Source: a virus
Strand: one strand, 5' to 3'
DNA: 64,000 nt
IMG/VR virus record: IMGVR_UViG_3300017917_001958
Coordinates: 1-64,000 of that record
Shown here in pieces: positions 31,752 to 40,256 of this stretch; the first letter of the stretch is position 1, and each line of letters opens with the position of its first letter. The notes beneath the pieces are model-generated. The model was given only the letters and a program-made list of their open reading frames with translations, had not been told where the DNA came from and did not search any database. A program made the position numbers and the translations under genes.

Positions 31752-34700
31752 TTTTTATAATAATTTAATTTATTTATTACAGAAACTTTAGTTGAAAAAA
31801 GTTTTTTAGTTTCATCTAAAATATTTTGATCTGTTATCTCCGTTTCATTTGATATCGTAAACTTAACATCATTGTTGTTTTTTCTTTTAATAAATTTACT
31901 AAATTTAAACACCTTTTCTTTTGGTGTTACAAAAAAATTATCTAATCTTTTTGATAATCTTGTGGTTGTATTTTCATCAAAAATTATTGAATCTCCTTTT
32001 TTAAGAATTTCAATAATTTTTTCTTTACTATCATTTAATAAAACAGTTAATATGTCACTTAATGTTGGGGTATCGATTGTCGGATTATTAAAATTTATTG
32101 TACCGTCTAAATCATTATAAAATTTAGATGTATTTGTTTTTATATAATCGATACATGTACTATATTCATTATATATTAAATCATATGTAAATCCTGATAA
32201 GTTTGATTGTACTGTCTTTTTATCGTCAATCACTTTTGCATCTTTACCATATTTTACCAAATAATTAACTTTATCCAATGAAGTTATTAATTTATTTGTG
32301 TTTTCCTCAAATGATAAAACAGTAGTATCAGTGACTATTCCATCTAACTTTTCATTTACTATTTTTTTGATTTCAGGTGTTAATAATTCATTAGCTTTAT
32401 TTTGTTTAGGTAATGTTAATTCTTTATCAAAACCAAATATTTGACATAGATTTGAATTTGTTATTGATAAATCCATAGCCATTTTAACTCCTCTATTTAA
32501 AATTGGTAACTCTTTTGTTTTTGTGTACAAACCAAATAAATCAATTGTTGTTCCGGGTGTGTTACTTGTTGTGGTATAAACATCGTATGTTTTAATTGTT
32601 CTATACGTTGGTGAAATTATCATATCTAATAATTTTGTACCGTATTTTTTATTTAAACCATTATATAAAATAGGATATTGTGTAAAATATGATTCCGTTT
32701 TTGTAAACACATCTTCAATTACATTTTTATAGTTTAATTCTGTGGTACCTTCACCAATGTTTTTACCTTTATCAATTTCATTTAATTTTTCGTCAGTTGA
32801 CGGTTGAGGTGTTTTATTATAATCTTCTTGTAGTTTTTCTAAGAATGATTTGGTAAATCCAGATGACTCTTGTCCATTAATCGATGTATTTGTTGAAATT
32901 GATCTTTCATCATACATTTCAGTATTCGCATAGAAATTAGAAGTTAACGCATTTTGTAATCTTTCTACCGGTTTTTCAAGTCCTTGACCACCAATAAAAT
33001 TAATTTGTAATGTTACATTTGCAATCATTGGTTGAACTCCGATTCCTTCCGGATTTAAATCCCATACACCATCTTCAAATGTTATACCAACGTCTCTAAT
33101 TACAATTTTAGAATGATAAAAATCACCCACTCTTAATATACAGATTGGTGGTGGTCCGAAAGTAGTGTTTCTAGCACCTATATCACTATTATCAGAAATA
33201 CCTTTAATTGGAATAGTATCTCCCGGTCTTAAACATTGATGAATAAATGTTAATCTAGCATTTAAACCTTCAGGTGTTGTTGAATGAAACGCCGGATGAA
33301 AATATCTTAATTTTTCGGTTAATGATTTAAATGCAATTGGTGAGTCTTCTTCTAATTTTTTGAAATAAAAACATTCCGATAATGTTTTCATGATAATTCT
33401 TTTCATGACATCAATCGGTGGTTTTTTTACTTTATTAGGTACAGTTACAACACCATCTTCTATTATACTTGTTTTTGGTAATTCGTTTTTTGGTTCCGGA
33501 TTAATTGGTTTTTGAGGTTCAGGTGTTTTATCATATTTAAAATTAACCTTAACATTTCTACACCAAAAAGCAACTGGTGAATATTTTTTTAATCCCGGAA
33601 CCGCAACAAAATCTTGATTTTTACAATTCACATCATCATCACTATTACCTGTAAATGTTTCACCATAATTGGTACTTACAACTGTTAATTTTCCGGGATT
33701 ATCCCAACCAAAATCTTGTTTTAAATCATATTCTTTTGTTATAATAATACCGCCACTTTTATTTACGGTTATCCCATCCTTATTATATCCATCAACTAAG
33801 TTTGAAGAATCAATCCATTTAGGTGTTGGTCCTTTACCGTCTTTTGAAATTCTTGAAAATAAATCTTTTAATACACTATGACTTCTTCTTAATGACAATT
33901 TTTCATTATATAAATTACTAGCAACGGAAGAAGTTGATGACGATATTTCTATTTTTATATTTTGTACCGTTTTTCCTGATATATCATTTTTTAATGTTTC
34001 AGTTTTTCCTGTGTAATCATTAAATTTAGAATCCATATTATCAAAATATTTTACCATTTTTGATAATTGATCATTTATTAAAGTTGCACCTACCGGATTT
34101 TCAGTTCCAAAAATTTGTTTTTTCTCTTTTTTTACTTGTTTTGTGTTTTGTGAATCAACATAACTTAATAATGTTACTAAATCATTTTGTAAATGACCAG
34201 TATATGTTAATTTTTGAGTTTTATATTTTAAATATAAATCAGTGTAATTTGATGATGATGTAACATTTCTTGTATTTGGATCCGGTACATCATTTTCAAA
34301 ATTTAAAATGACATGTAATGTTTGTGAGTTAGATGATGCCACTGGTGTTGGTTCCTGTGGATTTGTTTTAACATTGGGGTCTATAACTGTTTTATATTTA
34401 TTAATTACTTTTGTGTCTCCGCCAGTATTAAGATAATCTTTAATTAAATCAATATCACTTTTATCTAAAGTCGTATATCTTCTAATAAGACCATAAAAAT
34501 CTAATTCTTCACATCCAGCAAAAAATGCATTAATATAATTGTCTGCTTCTTCATCAGACATTCCTTTAAAATGTTCTCTAACCAATAAGTTCAATATACT
34601 TGGATGATCAACAACAACTTTAAATGAAATTTGTCCTGATCTTTCTGTGTTTTGATATGTGTAAATTGGTTCGGGTCTACCTAAAAAATTATTTGTTTCC

Positions 34701-36523
34701 CATTTAGCACTATTTTGTTCAGATACTTTTAAATCATATGGCGGAAACCACATAACACGACCTCCGTTTGGTCCTCTTTCACAAAATGGTAAATCTAAAA
34801 CCGTAAATCCGGGTAACGTAGATGTTTTCCACGCAAGATTTTCAATTGAAAACATATATTTTTTAGCATAAAAACTTTTACCGTCTTTGTCTGCTCCAAA
34901 TTTATAACCGTTAAAAATGTTTGTTGATCCGTCAAATCCTTTATTACCGTTTGACATTGGACCGATATTTAAATTCCATGGTCTACTTTGACCACCCATT
35001 ACACTACCATCAAATTTTCTAATGTTATCTGTTCTTTTCATGGTATCAGAATAATTCATATATGAACGATCTTTTGTCCATACACGACAGTATTCAACAC
35101 CACTTTCTTCACCGGTGAATTTATCAACATATTTAATTGCTGAACCCCTCGACATCATATTGTCACCCTCTCTAAAAACTCTACTTGTTTGGTCAATAAC
35201 GTTTGCTACATGTGAACGTGCGGCACCTCCATCTGTTGGTAATGTATTTAAAAGTTCTTGTGTTTGACCTAAAATAGAATCAAATCTAAATCCATATTTT
35301 GTTGATAATGAATCTTCTAAATTTGAGGATTCGTCATTATATTCTTTGTTATTAACACCAAGTTTATTTTTTGAATTTTTACTAATCCAAGTTAAATTAC
35401 CACCGATATGTCCACCTTCAGTAATATTTTTACTTCTTTGAAATAATTTAGCTTGAACTTCATCAAACATTAAACTTAAAAAATAACTACTTCTAACAGG
35501 TCTATCATTGAAATCGCTCATTGCGTATTTCACATCGTTACCTCTATCATCACCAATATATGCTTCACCTTTTGGTGCTTCCGCACCTAATAAACTTTTA
35601 ATACCTTGTGCTGTTCTGTCTATAAAATTGAATACTTTCGAAGAATTTTGTGACCTTGCAGTTGTAGTATAATTTGGTGCATATTTTGAATATGATAATA
35701 AATCATATAAATTATTTCTTTGACCTTCTCCCATGTATTCTATGAATAAATCGGATGGTTTTCTTGATAATTTTGGTCTTCTTTGTATCCCAATTAAAGA
35801 TCCTAAAACACCTGTTACATCTTGTACTATTTTACCGAATTCGGTACTTGGTGTTGGTCGATAATTTATAGGATTTCTAGGGTCTGATAAATAACTACCC
35901 GGTATTTCAGTAAATGGAAATTGTAATCCAGATACTGTTTGTAAAAAATCAACACCCTTTCCTAATAATGTTTTAGCAACAGTAATTTTATAGTTTGATT
36001 CAACTAATGGTTCTCTACCTGTTATTATATTTGAAGCGGTTGCGGTGTTACCATTTAAAGCATCAATTAATCTTACTCGACCAACTGTAGATGCTTCTAA
36101 ATTTTGTGCTAATCTTGATAATACAGGACCACCTTTATCATTTTTAATATAATTTGCAGCAAATTTAAATAATTCTGATTCAGTATTATATGTACTGTTT
36201 GATGTCATAATACCTATTAAATTATGGTTACTTGCAACAAAGTATGGGTACAATGATAAATTTGCTCTTCTTGGTAAAACGTCAATAGTATCTTTTACAA
36301 AATATTGTAAAGGTTTATATATGTTAGAATTTTGTGATTGTAATAATTCATCTGCAACATTATTGTCTACCGTTCCCGGATCAACATTTGACATATTACT
36401 CAAATTCTGATAATCATATAAATTATTTGTAAAAGTTTGAGGACCATTAGGTTGTTGGAGAGTCTTACCTAAAATAAAATCTCTAAATCTTTTGGTCGAA
36501 TCAAAATCTAAGTAACTTGGCAT
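31748..36523 (-). CDS. Tail tube initiator-like protein (gp48/gp54-like) with inserted OmpA-C-like domain (1591 aa)
   Basis: WFPPYDLKVSEQNSAKWETNNFLGRPEPIYTYQNTERSGQISF and GPPPICILRVGDFY...PMIANVTLQINFIG tube-initiator halves flank YNEKLSLRRSHSV; located between tape measure and gp53-like genes. Confidence 0.6.
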   Translation of the reverse strand: MPSYLDFDSTKRFRDFILGKTLQQPNGPQTFTNNLYDYQNLSNMSNVDPGTVDNNVADELLQSQNSNIYKPLQYFVKDTIDVLPRRANLSLYPYFVASNHNLIGIMTSNSTYNTESELFKFAANYIKNDKGGPVLSRLAQNLEASTVGRVRLIDALNGNTATASNIITGREPLVESNYKITVAKTLLGKGVDFLQTVSGLQFPFTEIPGSYLSDPRNPINYRPTPSTEFGKIVQDVTGVLGSLIGIQRRPKLSRKPSDLFIEYMGEGQRNNLYDLLSYSKYAPNYTTTARSQNSSKVFNFIDRTAQGIKSLLGAEAPKGEAYIGDDRGNDVKYAMSDFNDRPVRSSYFLSLMFDEVQAKLFQRSKNITEGGHIGGNLTWISKNSKNKLGVNNKEYNDESSNLEDSLSTKYGFRFDSILGQTQELLNTLPTDGGAARSHVANVIDQTSRVFREGDNMMSRGSAIKYVDKFTGEESGVEYCRVWTKDRSYMNYSDTMKRTDNIRKFDGSVMGGQSRPWNLNIGPMSNGNKGFDGSTNIFNGYKFGADKDGKSFYAKKYMFSIENLAWKTSTLPGFTVLDLPFCERGPNGGRVMWFPPYDLKVSEQNSAKWETNNFLGRPEPIYTYQNTERSGQISFKVVVDHPSILNLLVREHFKGMSDEEADNYINAFFAGCEELDFYGLIRRYTTLDKSDIDLIKDYLNTGGDTKVINKYKTVIDPNVKTNPQEPTPVASSNSQTLHVILNFENDVPDPNTRNVTSSSNYTDLYLKYKTQKLTYTGHLQNDLVTLLSYVDSQNTKQVKKEKKQIFGTENPVGATLINDQLSKMVKYFDNMDSKFNDYTGKTETLKNDISGKTVQNIKIEISSSTSSVASNLYNEKLSLRRSHSVLKDLFSRISKDGKGPTPKWIDSSNLVDGYNKDGITVNKSGGIIITKEYDLKQDFGWDNPGKLTVVSTNYGETFTGNSDDDVNCKNQDFVAVPGLKKYSPVAFWCRNVKVNFKYDKTPEPQKPINPEPKNELPKTSIIEDGVVTVPNKVKKPPIDVMKRIIMKTLSECFYFKKLEEDSPIAFKSLTEKLRYFHPAFHSTTPEGLNARLTFIHQCLRPGDTIPIKGISDNSDIGARNTTFGPPPICILRVGDFYHSKIVIRDVGITFEDGVWDLNPEGIGVQPMIANVTLQINFIGGQGLEKPVERLQNALTSNFYANTEMYDERSISTNTSINGQESSGFTKSFLEKLQEDYNKTPQPSTDEKLNEIDKGKNIGEGTTELNYKNVIEDVFTKTESYFTQYPILYNGLNKKYGTKLLDMIISPTYRTIKTYDVYTTTSNTPGTTIDLFGLYTKTKELPILNRGVKMAMDLSITNSNLCQIFGFDKELTLPKQNKANELLTPEIKKIVNEKLDGIVTDTTVLSFEENTNKLITSLDKVNYLVKYGKDAKVIDDKKTVQSNLSGFTYDLIYNEYSTCIDYIKTNTSKFYNDLDGTINFNNPTIDTPTLSDILTVLLNDSKEKIIEILKKGDSIIFDENTTTRLSKRLDNFFVTPKEKVFKFSKFIKRKNNNDVKFTISNETEITDQNILDETKKLFSTKVSVINKLNYYKK

Positions 36524-36569
36524 TATATTTTTATTTTATTTATAAATAGAGAAAATTATAAAAGTATAG

Positions 36570-38435
36570 TTATGGCATCAAATATGAATTTTTATGTTCA
36601 ATAGTTACCGGTACCGGTCCATGTACTGTTGTGTCTAATTTAATATTTAAAATTGGATTTTGATTATTATTTGTTGATTGTTGTACTATTTGTGTATTTT
36701 GTTTATTTTTATTTTCTAATTCTTTTTGTCTTTCTAACGACATATTACTTTTTGTTTCGTCAAATCTAACATCTGTCGTTTTCATGTTAAGGTCAATATT
36801 AAATTTCTTTTTTACAATTGATTCGATTTCACTTAACCATTCAACACCTTTTTTAGATAATTCTTGGGTATCCTTTGCAACACTTTTTAAATCAAATCCT
36901 GCAATATTTCCTGCTGCTTCTACTGCCCTACCCCCTTGTAGTCTCAAATATGCTGCAATAAAATTAGCATCTCTTTTAATATTTTCAATATTTGTGGCTT
37001 GATTTCTAACAATATCATTTTCACTAAGTTGTTTAAACTCGTCTTGATATTTTAACAATAGATTAGCTTGATTTTGATCTAAATCTTTTAAAGCAATTTC
37101 ATTTTTACCAAATTTTTCTTTTAAAAATTCACTTTGTAATTCAATGGTCATTTGACCACCTTTCATTTGTGCTAAATTTGTGATAAATCTTTGTTGGTCA
37201 TCGTCTAAACTCAATCCTCTTGAAAATAAATCTGCAGCCGCTGAACTTCTTTCTGCAGCTGCAATTGCACCTTTTGATAGTTCTTGATAACTTATACCTA
37301 AAGAATCCGCCATTGCTTTTGCTCTTCTTAAATTAACACCCGTAATTTCAAATCTTTTTTGTTCATTATTATATGTTGTTAAACCAGCAGCCGCACCATT
37401 TAATGCGTCCTGTAATCCCTCAACATTATTAGTTGCCATATACATAAGCTTAAGAGGATCATTAAAATCACCAATTGCACCACCTAAAACCTGTAAATTA
37501 GCCGATAAATCAATTGCACCTTCAGGATTCATTACTTTATCTGCAATTTTAAATGTTTCATCCATACTCATTCTAAATTCGGTAGCCTTTCTAGTCATGT
37601 CAGAAAGACCATTTATTCCGTTTTTAAAACCATATTCATTTAATTTACCTATATTTTTAGAAAGTTCTGATGTTGTTGTTTTTGCACGTAACCCTAACTG
37701 CAATGAACGACTACCTGCTTCAGATATTTTTTCTTGAGCATCCGCAGCACCCACACCAATTTTTTCAAATTCGGGGTACATTTCAACTAAATCTCGTAAA
37801 TTACCAACAAATGCTGCGGCAACTTCACCGGCTCTTTCAAATGTTTCTCGATTAATTAATGCAAATCTACCTGTTTGTGTTACTAATCTTGATGCAGAAT
37901 CTGCCAAATCTCCAAAACTTATACCTAATTGTAATAATCTTGGATTAGCTTTTGTTATTTCTTCTCTAAAATCTTTCGATAATTGACCCGTTAAACCTGC
38001 TTCAATATTTACTTTTTCAAGTAATGCTGTTTGTTGTTCAAAATATTGTACCAAACTTTTTCCAAGTACATCGACTAAATTTCCAGCAATCGTTTTTAAA
38101 CCTTTTAATTGACGAGAAGAACTATCATAAAAAACATTAAACACATCTTGAACACCGATCATTTCACCCTGTAATGTAGAAAAAGATTTTTCAGCTTCTT
38201 GTGTTTTTAATATATCTTGTAAATTTCCAATACCTTTTTCAAAAATATTTCCACCTCCAGTTATTGTGTTTGTATTATAACTAGTGGTACTTCTTTTGGT
38301 ATTTTGAAAACCTTTGTATAATTCCTCAAGTTTAGCCTGATCTATATTTTTATCTTTTTCATATGCGAATTTAAAATCCTTTAAAGATATATTCGGATTT
38401 TTTTCCAACCATTCTCTAGGTGATATTTGTGCCAT
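36570..38435 (-). CDS. Probable tape measure protein (621 aa)
   Basis: Helical Ala/Leu/Gly-rich protein (LQVLGG, RRAKAMADSLGISYQEL) directly downstream of the tube and chaperone genes. Confidence 0.7.
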   Translation of the reverse strand: MAQISPREWLEKNPNISLKDFKFAYEKDKNIDQAKLEELYKGFQNTKRSTTSYNTNTITGGGNIFEKGIGNLQDILKTQEAEKSFSTLQGEMIGVQDVFNVFYDSSSRQLKGLKTIAGNLVDVLGKSLVQYFEQQTALLEKVNIEAGLTGQLSKDFREEITKANPRLLQLGISFGDLADSASRLVTQTGRFALINRETFERAGEVAAAFVGNLRDLVEMYPEFEKIGVGAADAQEKISEAGSRSLQLGLRAKTTTSELSKNIGKLNEYGFKNGINGLSDMTRKATEFRMSMDETFKIADKVMNPEGAIDLSANLQVLGGAIGDFNDPLKLMYMATNNVEGLQDALNGAAAGLTTYNNEQKRFEITGVNLRRAKAMADSLGISYQELSKGAIAAAERSSAAADLFSRGLSLDDDQQRFITNLAQMKGGQMTIELQSEFLKEKFGKNEIALKDLDQNQANLLLKYQDEFKQLSENDIVRNQATNIENIKRDANFIAAYLRLQGGRAVEAAGNIAGFDLKSVAKDTQELSKKGVEWLSEIESIVKKKFNIDLNMKTTDVRFDETKSNMSLERQKELENKNKQNTQIVQQSTNNNQNPILNIKLDTTVHGPVPVTIEHKNSYLMP

Positions 38436-38449
38436 ACATATAAATAGAT

Positions 38450-38638
38450 TTATTTAGTGTTTTCTAGCTCAACTATGGTTTCAATATAATATCTTCTTAT
38501 ATAAACAGGCATTGATAAAATATCACTATATGAAAAACCTTTTCGAACTAAAAATAACATTTCCAATAGTTGATTTTTTTTATAATCCGTAGAAAGGGCG
38601 AAAAAATTCAACCCCGAATCCAATATAAAATTGGACAT
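38450..38638 (-). CDS. Tail assembly chaperone C-terminal module (gpT / gp51 / P2 E'-like), probably expressed by frameshift
   Basis: GFSYSDILSMPVYIRRYYI resembles chaperone extension modules; overlaps the upstream gene end in the +1 frame. Confidence 0.6.
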   Translation of the reverse strand: MSNFILDSGLNFFALSTDYKKNQLLEMLFLVRKGFSYSDILSMPVYIRRYYIETIVELENTK

Positions 38639-39329
38639 CTTCTCCTGACGGGGCTTTTACTGTTCTCATTAAATCTAATCCTGGTTTATTATCGTTTACA
38701 TATTTTCTAAAGTTTTGAGAGTCTATGATTGGTAAATTTTGTACAAAATTATGAATATTCATCATTTCTCTATTTCCTTGAACCGATTTAATCATTGTCT
38801 CTAAACGTTTTGTTATGATCGGTGCGATACCAATTCCATTCCAAGATTTTTCAATTTCTTTTAAATCATTTTCTTGTTTTTGATTTAAAAATTTAAAGGT
38901 AATTTCAATCTTACTTTTTTCCATGAAATATTTATATTCTCCATTTGAATCAGGATTAAGATTAAATTCTTTAAAATTTAAATCCGAAATATCTATAGTT
39001 GTATTAAACTCTTTATTTGTTTTTGGGTCTGTTAGTGTAACACTATATTCGGATCCAAATGCGGTATTTCTTAAAAAAATTAAAATAGATTGTCTATCTT
39101 CATCAACCAAATCATCAATATTAATATCTTTATCTAAAACTTTACGTTTTAATAATTCACTAACAATTTGATTTGTTTGTACAATATTTGGGGATGCTAA
39201 AATGTTTTCATCCGCAGCAGTTAGGTACGCAACTTTAACTGATTTCTTATTATTTGGGTAATGAATACCTCTACTTGGTAACACTACTACGTCATACGCA
39301 ATATTTGGGTCTATTACAAATTGTTCCAT
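38580..39329 (-). CDS. Tail/baseplate assembly chaperone (T4 gp26-like)
   Basis: VVLPSRGIHY...VAYLTAADENIL...DRQSILIFLRNTAFGSEY pattern; between tube and tape measure genes. Confidence 0.75.
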   Translation of the reverse strand: MEQFVIDPNIAYDVVVLPSRGIHYPNNKKSVKVAYLTAADENILASPNIVQTNQIVSELLKRKVLDKDINIDDLVDEDRQSILIFLRNTAFGSEYSVTLTDPKTNKEFNTTIDISDLNFKEFNLNPDSNGEYKYFMEKSKIEITFKFLNQKQENDLKEIEKSWNGIGIAPIITKRLETMIKSVQGNREMMNIHNFVQNLPIIDSQNFRKYVNDNKPGLDLMRTVKAPSGEDVQFYIGFGVEFFRPFYGL

Positions 39330-39380
39330 AAGATAAATTTAAAGAATAATTATTATAAAGTAAAGTTTGTTAAAAACATA

Positions 39381-39413
39381 AAACCGATACCCCTTAATTT
39401 GAGATATCGGTTT
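39381..39413 (-). terminator. Intrinsic terminator after the tail tube gene
   Basis: AAACCGATA...TATCGGTTT stem, extended by G-U pairs on the minus transcript. Confidence 0.7.
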
Positions 39414-39434
39414 AATATTAAAATTTTTAATAAA

Positions 39435-39923
39435 TTAATATACTTGAATACAACGATCCATTCTTAATGAAGCGTCAATTGTAGCTAATTCATCTTGAGA
39501 ATAGTTCAAATCTCCGAAATTTAAGTTTGTTAGAAAACATCCTTGAAGTATCCATTTTTCAACAACAACACCTGTTGGATCTAACATCTCCAATTCAACA
39601 TCTTTTTTATACCCAGCGGCATATCCCATTCTACCAGTAACTGATTCTGCATGTAAACGGAACCATTCCATTAAAGCTTGGGATGCTGAAGGTCCAATTG
39701 GATCTTTAAATTGAACTTTTATCTCGTCCCAATCAAATCTACCGGCAACGTAAGTTGAAGTATTTAAAAATGGAATTTCTACCGATTTAATTTTAGCAGT
39801 TGGTCTCGAAGTTGAGAAAACATACCATTCATTTATACCTAAAGATGATGGAAATCTCAAGATAAATCTATTTTTACGTTTCGGTTCATATGGAACCGGC
39901 ATTTTCATTAATAAATCTGCCAT
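39435..39923 (-). CDS. Tail tube protein (T4 gp19-like)
   Basis: EPKRKNRF, YVAGRFDW, LMEW, YKKD..LEMLDPTGVVVEKWILQGCF, GDLNYS and LRMDR motifs; directly after the sheath gene. Confidence 0.9.
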   Translation of the reverse strand: MADLLMKMPVPYEPKRKNRFILRFPSSLGINEWYVFSTSRPTAKIKSVEIPFLNTSTYVAGRFDWDEIKVQFKDPIGPSASQALMEWFRLHAESVTGRMGYAAGYKKDVELEMLDPTGVVVEKWILQGCFLTNLNFGDLNYSQDELATIDASLRMDRCIQVY

Positions 39924-40053
39924 TTTCTATTTGTTAAAATTTTTTAAGTTATTTACTTTCTTATAAATATATCAGTATTGAAAAAATATTTTTTTTTGAA
40001 TTAATTATCGTTTTTACTTGATATTATCAATTATTTTTCTTATTTTTTATTAG

Positions 40054-40162
40054 TACCCAGTATAACTAGTTCCAGTAATTAATATATCTAGTATCTAGTG
40101 TAATTTAAATATTATTAAAAAAAATAATAAAATAAAAAAAACTAGTTCCAGTATACTGGGTA
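40054..40162. repeat. Intergenic direct/inverted repeat cluster in very AT-rich DNA
   Basis: 14-bp direct repeat AACTAGTTCCAGTA (40064-77, 40140-53); 11-bp inverted repeat TACCCAGTATA (40054-64) / TATACTGGGTA (40152-62); palindrome CCAGTATACTGG (40148-59). Confidence 0.8.
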
Positions 40163-40190
40163 ATATAAAAATATAATTATTATAAAATAT

Positions 40191-40206
40191 GGTTCCATGT
40201 GGAACA
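40191..40206. promoter_or_regulatory. parS-like palindrome
   Basis: GGTTCCATGTGGAACA matches the bacterial parS palindrome TGTTCCACGTGGAACA at 14 of 16 positions. Confidence 0.5.
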
Positions 40207-40209
40207 TAA

Positions 40210-40237
40210 AAAAAGGATGTGAAAACACATCCTTTTT
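40210..40237 (-). terminator. Intrinsic (potentially bidirectional) terminator after the sheath gene
   Basis: AAAAAGGATGTG-AAAA-CACATCCTTTTT, a perfect 12-bp stem. Confidence 0.85.
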
Positions 40238-40256
40238 ATTTTAATACTTATTTAGA

